From IMG/VR virus record IMGVR_UViG_2710724122_000003, positions 52,066 to 72,065 of that record: 20,000 nt of DNA. One strand, 5' to 3'. Positions 1 through 9,231 of this stretch are shown here, piece after piece. The stretch comes from an uncultured virus (IMG/VR IMGVR_UViG_2710724122_000003) (lineage: Duplodnaviria > Heunggongvirae > Uroviricota > Caudoviricetes). Each line of letters opens with the position of its first letter. The first letter of the stretch is position 1. The notes beneath the pieces are model-generated. The model did not search any database, was not told the origin of the DNA, and saw only the letters and a program-made list of their open reading frames with translations. The position numbers and the translations under genes are program-made.

Positions 1-178
1 TAGTTTGCTACCCAACCATATTTGTCTAGAAGTTTGGAATCATCTTTATATTCTTCTAATTTCTCCTCTACAACTTGTTTATGTTGAGCTAAACGTGAAC
101 GCAAATGGTTTGCTCCGGACTGGAGCAGTACAGATAAATAGTTAACAAACTAATGTCCATCACTATCTTTTTCAACGG
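1..178 (-). pseudogene. Decayed 3' fragment of a hypothetical protein, possibly of the class III nucleotide-cyclase-like family; runs off the window edge
   Basis: Minus frame reads SVEKDSDGH*FVNYLSVLLQSGANHLRSRLAQHKQVVEEKLEEYKDDSKLLDKYGWVAN with an in-frame TAG at 152-150. DxDGxxFxxYL ... HKxxVExxL ... KYxW resembles C-terminal motifs I recall for that family (recall only). Confidence 0.4.
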
Positions 179-282
179 AAGCAAATAAAGGTGTGTATGC
201 TTTGTTATTAGGCTCTGGAGTATCCTATTCAGCTAATATTCCTACTAACCGGGGAATACTTACAGAAAGTTATATCCTTTAA
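160..282 (+). pseudogene. N-terminal remnant of a SIR2-like (NADase) protein
   Basis: Reads SLSFSTEANKGVYALLLGSGVSYSANIPTNRGIL, matching the sirtuin N-terminal NAD-binding loop (LLGxGxSxxAxIPT). It has no start codon or RBS and ends at a TAA overlapping the helicase stop codon. Confidence 0.6.
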
Positions 283-2072
283 ACACTTTCCATTTTAACG
301 GCATAGGCCTTATCTACAAATTGAACATGTTGTTGTAAATGCATGTAGTTGTTTTCTTGAATGGAAGGAGCCCATACACATAATAACTTTCTAGCTCTAG
401 AAAACGCTACATAACCTACACGTGCTTCTTCTATTTCTCCATTTTTTCCAAGCCACTCCTTAAGCTGAGATTCGTATTCAGCCATTACCAATACACATTC
501 CGCTTCTTGACCTTTTGCATCATGAATGTTTAAAACAGAGCCTTCACTTTCAGAAAAGTGCCCTTGTAGCTCTACTTGCTCTACGAGATGTGATAACATG
601 GTATTCTTTGATGCTTTAACTTGATTCTTCCATTTGTAATTAAGCATATTTAGTTTTTTCCCTATAGATTTACCATACAGTTTTTTTGATTCTTCCATCA
701 GAAATTTTTTCAGTACTACAAACAGCTCTTCCACCGATGTTTCTGTTAATACCAGGTTATCTAAAAACTGAAGCGTAAAGATCTGCAATTTCTTCCACAT
801 AAACATACTATATCCAATTTCAACTAATGCAATATAATTGGGGTGTTCATTAAAAAATAAATAGCTGAAGGCTTCACTCATTCTTTCAACAGCTCTGTCA
901 AATTCATTTCTCCGCTTATATGAGATAGCCAATATGAGATTTTGCAAAATTTGAAAGCGACGATAATGCTCTTTTGCTAATTTCTTAAAAAAAGGGCTTA
1001 CTTCCACTTCTTGTTTTTTTAAAAGATTATTTATATTTTTCACATAATCATTCCGTCTAGCTAGAATCATAAATGGCTTCTTTTGTTCCTCACATTCTAT
1101 ATCTGTACAAATACTTTGAAACAATTGAATAGCCTCTGAAGCCTCTTTAATATCTTTTATAAATATCACCTTTTGCTTTCTTGTAGCATTGTTACCAGCT
1201 CCAGTCTGCTCAATTTCTGTTTTATAATTAGCAAACTGGACAATGTGTTGCGTACTCCGAAAATTGTTGGTTAACATATAGTTTCTTTGACTCTCATTGT
1301 TCCACTTTGCTTGAAATATTTCTGGCTTTGCTCCTGTAAAGCTATAAATTGATTGATTTGTATCCCCGACGCAAAAGAACGAAGAATGTTCTAGCAAAGA
1401 AAATAACTTCTCTTGATAATAAGTAACATCTTGATACTCATCTACAAGAATATATTTAAAGCGGGAACTAAATGCATTTCGAATATGACCATACTTTTTT
1501 AAAATAAGATAAGAAAGATAAATCACATCTTGTTGATCTATGTACCCTTTATTTTTAATAAAGCTCTTCCAGGTCAATGCATCTGAAGAAGAAATCTTAT
1601 TTCTATAGCAATAAGGATTTCCCTTTTCATCACGGCCCAGGCTCTCGAACGCTTTAAATATACTCTCATTAATATGATAATGGGGGCGTCCTAACATATT
1701 TGCAATATAATCTTTATATCCCCTAGCAAAGCCCACAGAAGCAAGTTTATATGGTATCCCTTCCTTATGCTTAAAGTGTGAATAGGGTTTAATCACATGC
1801 TCCAATAAAAATGAATGAATTGTTCCTATAAACAGCTCATTAGGTAGCTGCACTCCTTCATTTTGTAGTCGCATCATGATTTCTTCTTTAGCCGCATTGG
1901 TATAAGTAATACAAGCAATCCCGGACAAAGCATTTATGCGATTTTCAATTATATATTTTAACCGCTCTATCAATAACGTCGTTTTACCACTTCCAGGTCC
2001 AGCTTGTACAGTAATTGAATCAGTATGAGGAGCACATGCTATACTTTTCCGGAAATCATCATTATCAACCAT
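279..2072 (-). CDS. gajB: UvrD/Rep superfamily-1 helicase, Gabija GajB-like
   Basis: Walker A AGPGSGKTT, ITYTNAA, GTIHSF, Walker B LVDEYQD, VGDTNQSIYSF, NFRS, IHDAKGQE, YVAFSRA. Overlaps the upstream OLD nuclease stop. RBS GAGGAGG spacing favours the ATG at 2072 over TTG at 2075. Confidence 0.85.
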   Translation of the reverse strand: MVDNDDFRKSIACAPHTDSITVQAGPGSGKTTLLIERLKYIIENRINALSGIACITYTNAAKEEIMMRLQNEGVQLPNELFIGTIHSFLLEHVIKPYSHFKHKEGIPYKLASVGFARGYKDYIANMLGRPHYHINESIFKAFESLGRDEKGNPYCYRNKISSSDALTWKSFIKNKGYIDQQDVIYLSYLILKKYGHIRNAFSSRFKYILVDEYQDVTYYQEKLFSLLEHSSFFCVGDTNQSIYSFTGAKPEIFQAKWNNESQRNYMLTNNFRSTQHIVQFANYKTEIEQTGAGNNATRKQKVIFIKDIKEASEAIQLFQSICTDIECEEQKKPFMILARRNDYVKNINNLLKKQEVEVSPFFKKLAKEHYRRFQILQNLILAISYKRRNEFDRAVERMSEAFSYLFFNEHPNYIALVEIGYSMFMWKKLQIFTLQFLDNLVLTETSVEELFVVLKKFLMEESKKLYGKSIGKKLNMLNYKWKNQVKASKNTMLSHLVEQVELQGHFSESEGSVLNIHDAKGQEAECVLVMAEYESQLKEWLGKNGEIEEARVGYVAFSRARKLLCVWAPSIQENNYMHLQQHVQFVDKAYAVKMESV

Positions 2073-3945
2073 CAAATCTTACCTCCTCTTCATTCGTAAG
2101 AAAACTAAATACCTGCTTGATATATGCTGGAATATGAAGAACTTTCCCTTTATTCAATTCATCTAATATGAACTGAGAGAATTGCCCCTTCTCCTTTGAA
2201 ATAACTTCATAGGCTTCTTTTGCAAATTCGTGCCCGTCCAAAGTAACAATTCTTTCCCTTTCTGCTTTTGTTCCAATATCGTATGTTTGAATTAATTCAC
2301 GAAAGAAAGATACATTATTCTCCATCATCAAATCATATTCAAATGTTTTAAGATTACTAGATATATAAATATTAGAGGATGTGCTAAAATCATTAATTAA
2401 ACCAGCTGTTCTTGAACAGACTGGAAACTGACCAAATTTCGTAGGATAAACTGCCTCTTTTACAACCTTATCGTCACTTCCAATCACTTCATCCCCATGC
2501 ATGTCTATTACAGGAACAGATTCTGGATCACTATCAGTCAAAACAGCACACTTCATATCTAATCCCTTTGATCCAAATAACTGTAAAAACGGTCTAAATG
2601 CTACACCATCTACTGAAATAATAGATATCCCTTCACTTTCTAATGTTGTATCTTCTCCCGCGTATCCCTTTTGTAGCATAGAGAAAAATTTCGGTATTAA
2701 TAGACGTTCTGCAATTCCTTCTACTAATAAGACCCTTCTACCAAAGAAAATATCAGATTTGGTAGCATCTAACCATCTTTCTAAATACCGTTTATAATCT
2801 CTTTCCTCTTTTTTATTGGTATCAAAAATTGTTCCAATACGTTTAGATAATGTCTTATTGTTCCCCTTATAAAACACTACTAAACTATCCAGTTCTGCAT
2901 GAGAACTAACGTGTGAAGAATGGGTTGTCATAATAACCTGGCCCACGACTTTCTGATTAAAGAAATAATTAGCTAAGAACTTTTGTAAATGACTATGCAG
3001 ATGAGCTTCCGGTTCCTCAACAATTAAAAGTGGAAACACATAGTCATGATTTTGATTTCGCTTTTCCTTAATGGCTGTATATTGAGTAAGTAAAAGGCTA
3101 ATATACAGCAAATTATTATAACCAAGGCCATTCATATCAACAGAATGTACTCTGTCTTCATTTGAACCGATTAGAACCTTTAAATCTTTCAATAAAGCGT
3201 CATAGTCACTTTCTCCCATTTGGATTTTTACTTGCTGTCTCATAGTTCCTGTAATTTTTCTAAGGTGTTCATTGATATCACTCTGTACCTTCTGAATTTC
3301 TCTACCTTGCATAATTTGCTCATTAAGCTCATCAATTTTCCCTGAAATCTTATGAAGCTCCTCTTCCCCAAGATCGAAATTTTTTAGGATTCTCTGCAAT
3401 TGACCAGAGGACTTTTTTAATTCAGCATTTGCATCTCTAAGAGCCCCTACATACTCGACTCCAAACTTGGATAGCATATTAAAATCAAAGGTGTCTAATG
3501 TTTCACGCTCCCCACCATAAATTATCCACTCATACTCATGAAGGGGTAGCTGAATTTTGCTAATAGGGGTAGCATCAAGAGGAGCTGAAACCGAAATATT
3601 TGCCTTTGGTTTGTACTTGTAGGTAAGTTTTGCCTCTCCTGGATTCCTTGTTAGCCATCTACTTGTAATAGCAAGATCGTTTTCTGTTTCGATTCCTTTT
3701 AAAGTTGCCTCAATTGTAATCTCTGGCCAGTTCCCTTGAATATTGAGTCCACTCCAAAAATCCTCTTGTTGTAATGTTCTTTTTCGTAATGAGTAATTAC
3801 TATTAAAGATAAGACTCAATGCCTCTAAAAAATTGGATTTCCCCGCATTATTTTCTCCAATGATTATAGATAAGCCTTCATTCAAGCTTACATTAAACTC
3901 TGAAAAGCTTCTGTAATTCAAAATTTTCACATCAGATATATACAT
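2065..3945 (-). CDS. gajA: OLD-family ATP-dependent endonuclease (ABC ATPase + TOPRIM), Gabija GajA-like
   Basis: Walker A GENNAGKS, signature-like NGLGYNN, Walker B IVEEPEAHLH, TTHS switch, TOPRIM LLVEGIAE and TDSD. RBS GGAGG. Coupled to a UvrD gene, the Gabija / class 2 OLD arrangement. Confidence 0.85.
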   Translation of the reverse strand: MYISDVKILNYRSFSEFNVSLNEGLSIIIGENNAGKSNFLEALSLIFNSNYSLRKRTLQQEDFWSGLNIQGNWPEITIEATLKGIETENDLAITSRWLTRNPGEAKLTYKYKPKANISVSAPLDATPISKIQLPLHEYEWIIYGGERETLDTFDFNMLSKFGVEYVGALRDANAELKKSSGQLQRILKNFDLGEEELHKISGKIDELNEQIMQGREIQKVQSDINEHLRKITGTMRQQVKIQMGESDYDALLKDLKVLIGSNEDRVHSVDMNGLGYNNLLYISLLLTQYTAIKEKRNQNHDYVFPLLIVEEPEAHLHSHLQKFLANYFFNQKVVGQVIMTTHSSHVSSHAELDSLVVFYKGNNKTLSKRIGTIFDTNKKEERDYKRYLERWLDATKSDIFFGRRVLLVEGIAERLLIPKFFSMLQKGYAGEDTTLESEGISIISVDGVAFRPFLQLFGSKGLDMKCAVLTDSDPESVPVIDMHGDEVIGSDDKVVKEAVYPTKFGQFPVCSRTAGLINDFSTSSNIYISSNLKTFEYDLMMENNVSFFRELIQTYDIGTKAERERIVTLDGHEFAKEAYEVISKEKGQFSQFILDELNKGKVLHIPAYIKQVFSFLTNEEEVRFDG

Positions 3946-4304
3946 AAAATACCTCCATATTTATGATGATGTTCCAAATAATTCTATTATAGAAGGTATG
4001 GTATAGTATATAAACAAATAAACTAACACAAGATTTAAGAATTATACCTAATATGCTAAGAATGTAAATTATCCCTGTCCAATACAATAAATTGTATTCA
4101 AGTTAATATTTTATTAATAAAATTTATTATTTAAATGGTCATCAACAAAGACATACTGTGTCCCTATTTCATTGTAAGTGGAGATTATCCCCTTCTTCTA
4201 GAAGCTTATAATTTTATCAAATATGACGAATAAGCCAGTTGGCTCTCTTTTTTTGTTACTTGATTGCAAAAATGATAACATAGACTTAGAAAGGAGTGAT
4301 GATT

Positions 4305-5564
4305 ATGAATCATAGTTTCAAAAAAAAATGTAAAGTTTGTGAAACTCCATATTTAATAAAATATCAAGTTGGTTATGTACCAGAAAACCATTTTTCTTTC
4401 GAGTGCCCAACTTGTGGAGTAATGATTGAAGGAACGATTAATGTAGATAATAAAAGTGTTAGAATAGGTTGGAATTTCGATAATTTAATAGATTTCACTG
4501 GAAATATTTCAGAATCTAAAGAAGGTTACTGTATGCAACTAACCGGTGAATTCTATGATGAGAAACTCTCTTCTCTTAAGGATTATTTTCCTTTTACCCC
4601 AAGCCCTTTTATGAGAAACCTTGGTCCTCATATAGAAAAAATGAATGGGTTAGCGGTTTACTTGGCTGAAGATATTCAACAAGATGTCAACAATCATAAA
4701 AATCTTGTCAATTTAGTACTTAGTAACAAGAATAATGTTAAATATGTTTATTCAGAACTAAAGAGATTAACTAGGAATTTAAATATACCTGAAGAAAAAT
4801 TTGCTACTGATTACAATATAAACAGATATTCTATATTGTTCTCGGCAATTGTAAATAGTATTAGCCCTTTATTAAAGCTAAATGAGAAAAAGTTCCAGGT
4901 AGATGATATTAAAAATAATCTTTATAAAATGTATGAGGATAATATTGAATTTCAAAAAGTTAAAGACTTATTTCAAGATAAATTACCTAGCCTGATTAAT
5001 TCTTTAATTAACGCTTTTTATTCTTCAATAAGTATTATTCCTAATATTGTTCCTATAATTACTTCCGAAACGTTCAACCATAAGAAGATTGAAAAAATAA
5101 AGGAGGATTATGGTCTAAGCACAGCTAACTATAAGACTCTACTGCAAAATTATGCTGAAAACTATGAAATACTTGGGAAAATAATTCCTTTAATAGTTGT
5201 TATTGATAATATCATTAACAGAAAAGACATTAATAAATTTTCAGACAATACTAATTCACTAGAAAATTTTTTAAATAAACCAATTGGATTTCAAATCCAA
5301 TACTTAAAAAAAATATCTTCAGGTGTTTCCAGATACAATGACCTATCTATTCTAAATAATAAAATACGAAATGCTATAAATCATGCCTCAGTGGAATATG
5401 AGTCTATTAGTCAAAAATTAATTTTTAAAGATAAAAAAATCACAACAGAAAAATATTTAATTGAATTTGCTGAGGAAAACTACGTGATGTTATACCTTCA
5501 ATTATATTGCCTATTCATCGTTTGTTCACTGGCTAAGAAGTTTTCAAAAGTAGATGCTACTTAA
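4305..5564 (+). CDS. Hypothetical protein with N-terminal Zn ribbon and C-terminal HEPN-like motif (candidate RNase effector)
   Basis: CKVC...CPTC cysteine pairs and an RNAINH (Rx4H) motif at 5367-5384. RBS AAGGAG at 4291-4296 favours ATG 4305 over GTG 4296. Confidence 0.65.
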   Translation: MNHSFKKKCKVCETPYLIKYQVGYVPENHFSFECPTCGVMIEGTINVDNKSVRIGWNFDNLIDFTGNISESKEGYCMQLTGEFYDEKLSSLKDYFPFTPSPFMRNLGPHIEKMNGLAVYLAEDIQQDVNNHKNLVNLVLSNKNNVKYVYSELKRLTRNLNIPEEKFATDYNINRYSILFSAIVNSISPLLKLNEKKFQVDDIKNNLYKMYEDNIEFQKVKDLFQDKLPSLINSLINAFYSSISIIPNIVPIITSETFNHKKIEKIKEDYGLSTANYKTLLQNYAENYEILGKIIPLIVVIDNIINRKDINKFSDNTNSLENFLNKPIGFQIQYLKKISSGVSRYNDLSILNNKIRNAINHASVEYESISQKLIFKDKKITTEKYLIEFAEENYVMLYLQLYCLFIVCSLAKKFSKVDAT

Positions 5565-5596
5565 TAAAAAAAGAGATACGTATCTCTTTTTTTATT
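5563..5596. terminator. Bidirectional intrinsic terminator
   Basis: Perfect 34-bp palindrome AATAAAAAAAGAGATAC|GTATCTCTTTTTTTATT at the stop of 4305..5564. Confidence 0.8.
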
Positions 5597-5600
5597 TTTA

Positions 5601-5666
5601 TTCAACAAAATATGACCAAATCGTTGTAACCAGAATCATTACATGAGTTCAGGAAATCTTACATTT
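5601..5666 (+). promoter_or_regulatory. Degenerate copy of the promoter module found upstream of the two DUF4352 genes
   Basis: TTCAACAAAATATGACCAAA...GTTGTAAC...GGAAATCTTACATTT aligns with 16022-16087 and 16937-17001. Confidence 0.6.
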
Positions 5667-5713
5667 CGAAGGGATAAACAATAAAATTCACTTTATTTAG
5701 AATATCTAACAGA

Positions 5714-5848
5714 CAAATTAAAGAATCACTAGATAAGTTACAAACGAAGGCTGAGTCTTTGGAGACTGTAAAAGAGATTCAGGATAAGATCATCTCAACG
5801 AAAGATAGTCAAATATGATTTTTAAATGATTAAATAGCTAATATATAA
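5714..5848 (+). pseudogene. Decayed 5' part of a coiled-coil hypothetical gene
   Basis: QIKESLDKLQTKAESLETVKEIQDK, then after a frameshift IISTKDSQI*FLND*IANI*. Coiled-coil-like composition with a frameshift and nonsense codons, directly behind the promoter module. Confidence 0.45.
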
Positions 5849-6463
5849 ACGTCAACTTAATTTGCTAAAAAGAACACAAGAAACAATAAAAAATCAATAG
5901 ACCTAAATATCTTAATGTTAGATGACGCAGAAGCAACTTAATTTAACAACTATTTTTTCTTGTAGCAGAACTAGAATCAAATAGGTTAGAAAAGCACCTT
6001 AGGATATTTTTTCACTTTCTTTTGAACGCCATACTAAATATTAACTATATTTGCAAGTCGAATTCTATATTGATTACTAAAAAATAATCTCATATTAATT
6101 TTAATTTAATTAAAAATCCAGAAAACAAATCATATTCTGGACCTAATTAGAAATGAATCCCATCTAAAGCAACTTTCAAGTTTGTAAATATATATTTTCA
6201 AAAAAATTTATATATTTTAATCGTGCGGTTATTTATATCTATTTAAAATATACTTAAATTTCTTCCGATTTTATTATAATATATATATATAAATTATTAA
6301 CTGCTAGGTAATAAAAGACATTTTTTTGATAATGAATAAAATTTTATCCGAATAGGAAAATATGTTATTCAAAGGGTTACCAACATAATTATTTCACTGA
6401 AATTGTCTCTAACTATTACATTTTATCATGCGGTTACATAAAAATAAGGGGAGATTTTTAGGG

Positions 6464-7654
6464 ATGCCTTCGGATAAAGAATTCAAAGCTGTCGTGGATC
6501 AATTACGTTTATTAAGAGATCGGAATTTGACTATTCAAGATTTAAAAAATGCAAAACAACAACTTCATGAAAAAAATTATTTTAATTTAATAAATGGTTT
6601 TGAAACCCTTTTATTAGATAACCCTAAAGGTACATCTAAATACTATACTAATGTTTTCTTTGACGACTTTTTAAATCTTTATAAACTTGATAATCAACTT
6701 TCAAGTTTAATATTCCAAAAAATTTCGGAACTTGAAAACAAATTAAAGACTTCTATATCTTATCATTTTAGTAAAAATCATTGCTCTACTTTATGTGATA
6801 ATAATAAATACATTGAACTTACTAGTTATTCTCTTCCTAAAAGAACAGATGGACCTAAAGAATATACTAAACATTTTAATAAACATAAACTTTTTAAAAA
6901 AAACGCTTATTTTGAAGGCATTTTTAGTGGCGATTTTTCTGGACAAGTGACTTATGATTCCGCCCGTGGTGGGAAAACTATACTCGAAGGAACATTTACA
7001 GGCAGATTTGGATCTACATCAATAAATACAGTCCAAGGTAAGTGCACTTTTTTTAATTCGAATCAAGCATCATTAGTAACACTTATTCGTTCACTTGCCC
7101 CTTCATCAGGAACATCTATTACTACAACAATAACCATTAGGGATGAAAGAATATATGGTTTAAATTATATCGATGAATGCAAAACTAGATTTCCATTTAT
7201 AAATGAATATAATAACCCTCCATTTTGGGTTGTTATTAAAACCCTAATGTTTAATGATTTAATTCTTTTACTTTATGGACTAAAGAAACGTACTTTTGAT
7301 GCTATTTTAAGGGATTTTAACCTAAAACCCATAGACAAAAAGAAATTTCTAAATTCTTTGCAAATCATTAGAGAATTACGTAATACGTGTGCACATTTCG
7401 AATTGGTTAATCGTTTCAGAACATCAAGTTCTTTAAAAATTAATCAGCATTTAATTTCCGAATTAGGTCTTACACCTATGAGAGCAAATAAATTCGTCCT
7501 TAAGTTATATGATGTTTTAAAAATCTTAAAACAATACATTGATTTAACGGAAATTAAATTATTATTATGGAAATATCGTTATGAAGAAAAGCGTGATATT
7601 GCAATTTCTTTATTAGATAGAATGGGAAACTCTAATATTTTTTACTGGATATAA
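6464..7654 (+). CDS. Abi family protein (Abi_2, AbiD/AbiF-like HEPN RNase)
   Basis: KEFKAVVDQLRLLRDRNL, NYFNLINGF, LYKLDNQLSSLIFQKISELENKLKT, PPFWVVIKTLMFNDL and catalytic RNTCAH (7379-7396). RBS AAGGGGAG at 6446-6453 favours ATG 6464 over 6428. Confidence 0.85.
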   Translation: MPSDKEFKAVVDQLRLLRDRNLTIQDLKNAKQQLHEKNYFNLINGFETLLLDNPKGTSKYYTNVFFDDFLNLYKLDNQLSSLIFQKISELENKLKTSISYHFSKNHCSTLCDNNKYIELTSYSLPKRTDGPKEYTKHFNKHKLFKKNAYFEGIFSGDFSGQVTYDSARGGKTILEGTFTGRFGSTSINTVQGKCTFFNSNQASLVTLIRSLAPSSGTSITTTITIRDERIYGLNYIDECKTRFPFINEYNNPPFWVVIKTLMFNDLILLLYGLKKRTFDAILRDFNLKPIDKKKFLNSLQIIRELRNTCAHFELVNRFRTSSSLKINQHLISELGLTPMRANKFVLKLYDVLKILKQYIDLTEIKLLLWKYRYEEKRDIAISLLDRMGNSNIFYWI

Positions 7655-7670
7655 ATTAAACATTAAGTTA

Positions 7671-7699
7671 TTGACCTTTTTTCGTATATATGTTATATT
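7671..7699 (+). promoter_or_regulatory. Strong sigmaA-type promoter directly after the abi stop codon
   Basis: TTGACC (7671-7676), 17-bp spacer, TG at 7691-7692, TATATT (7694-7699). Confidence 0.75.
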
Positions 7700-7705
7700 T
7701 ATTTC

Positions 7706-7796
7706 ATAAAATAACGTATAGCCAAGACGGCGTGTCAAGCTATCGCAGCTTGCTAAAAGTCCAAAAAAACACTATTCATTAGAATAGTGTTTTTTT
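7706..7796 (+). ncRNA. Candidate RNA antitoxin of the AbiF-like protein
   Basis: ORF-less ~90-nt unit between a near-consensus promoter and a terminator. GC-rich structured core at 7719-7755 (hairpin CAAGCT-ATCGC-AGCTTG; outer TAGC/GCTA) in very AT-rich surroundings. Confidence 0.6.
7763..7796. terminator. Bidirectional intrinsic terminator
   Basis: AAAAAAACACTATTC-ATTA-GAATAGTGTTTTTTT, 15-bp arms. Confidence 0.85.
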
Positions 7797-7921
7797 GTTA
7801 CATTTTATTAAACATTAAGTTCACAGCTTTTTCAAATTCATCATTTTCAAAAATAAATTAATTCATTTTCTTAATAATAAATTATACAACTTTATTTCAA
7901 ACTAACATTTTTATTAAAATT

Positions 7922-8572
7922 CTATTCCAGTTCAATAAATTCATTAAATTCTTTTTCTAATGTTTTTAATACTTCATATGTAATTTGTCTCATTGTAAAC
8001 AAATGAGGATTAGTAATTGGCTCAGGATTCCCATCATTTCTTTGAAACGTCTCTCCTGTAGAAATCCCTCTAGTCAAATGGAAATAAGAATCACGAAGTT
8101 TGCTACCAACATGAGCACCTCCGTCTCGATTTGCAAGCTCTGTAACAATACTTTTTCTTGTAAATGTGTTACCATATCCATTTGTTAATATCACTTGTTC
8201 CTCCCACCATTCCTTAAATGGAATGTATTTCTCTTCATTCTCATTCAAGTACGGTATCAGTGTAACCCCATCAATGCTAACCTCTTCATAATACATTGGT
8301 TTACTCAGTGGCATAATACAAATAGACCCATCCTCTTGAACCATGTCATGTTTAAATGACGAGTCACAAAAATGTATATCTTTTCGGTCTAGATGTTTTA
8401 ACAATGATGTTGATTGATTTGTATCATGTAAAAGAACCCTAACAGTTGTTGCCATTCTTTTGGCCTCATGATATTTTTGCTTTTTATCAAATACATCAAC
8501 AGAAGTAATTAAAAAATCATATGCTTCAATTAGATTCTCCATAAAATCTTCCTTTTTCAACTTCATAAACAT
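7922..8572 (-). CDS. Conserved-looking hypothetical protein, possible divergent HEPN fold
   Basis: 216-aa ORF with RBS AAAGGGGG. Motifs EAKRMATTVRVLLHD and FTRKSIVTELANRDGGAHV. Confidence 0.6.
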   Translation of the reverse strand: MFMKLKKEDFMENLIEAYDFLITSVDVFDKKQKYHEAKRMATTVRVLLHDTNQSTSLLKHLDRKDIHFCDSSFKHDMVQEDGSICIMPLSKPMYYEEVSIDGVTLIPYLNENEEKYIPFKEWWEEQVILTNGYGNTFTRKSIVTELANRDGGAHVGSKLRDSYFHLTRGISTGETFQRNDGNPEPITNPHLFTMRQITYEVLKTLEKEFNEFIELE

Positions 8573-8785
8573 ATCCCCCCTTTATGTAAAAATAGCTCTT
8601 ACTATATCATACACGATACCCAATCCAATTTTCATTTAATGATTTTAAAAAGCTTAATAAAATCCATTTCCTAAGTACCCTTTTGAAACACAATCACTTC
8701 AATTAAACTCATAACAAATCTTTTCATTTGTCTTTTTTTCAAATCTTCTCTACCTTTCCCCATAATTGAACTGATTAACTGCAAG

Positions 8786-9091
8786 AGCTGCGGTTCAAGA
8801 AATTCAGTTGAAGGAAATGTAATTACAGTAGATCACAATTACTTTGTTATGGAAAATAAACAATCAAATGAAACAATAAATGTAAAATATGACTTTAAAT
8901 CTACTGTAAAAGTTGGAGAGTAAATAAAAGTAGCTAGTAACAGTCCAATGTTACAAAATGCATTCCAAAATTTCGCGATACCAAGCTTTATTGAACATTT
9001 AGATTTAGTTCTGGGAAATTATAAAGATTTTGTGTCTGGGCATGTAGGTACGTTATATCAAAAATCTTTGGGGATAGTTCTGTTGACTTAA
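8786..9091 (+). pseudogene. Decayed lipoprotein-like gene (possibly DUF3221/YobA-like OB fold)
   Basis: SCGSRNSVEGNVITVDHNYFVMENKQSNETINVKYDFKSTVKVGE*IKVASNSPMLQ... is a ~100-codon frame with one internal TAA (8921-8923) and no start codon or signal peptide. Confidence 0.4.
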
Positions 9092-9231
9092 ATTGTCGAG
9101 TGGCCCTCAAAAGTAGTAATCGTTGCCATGCCCCTTCTTGAGTTAGTAAGTTATATGAATTTTCTTATTGATTTACTTGTTAAAATACGACATGATAATA
9201 AATGAAATTAATAAATTAAATCGATTGGGAG

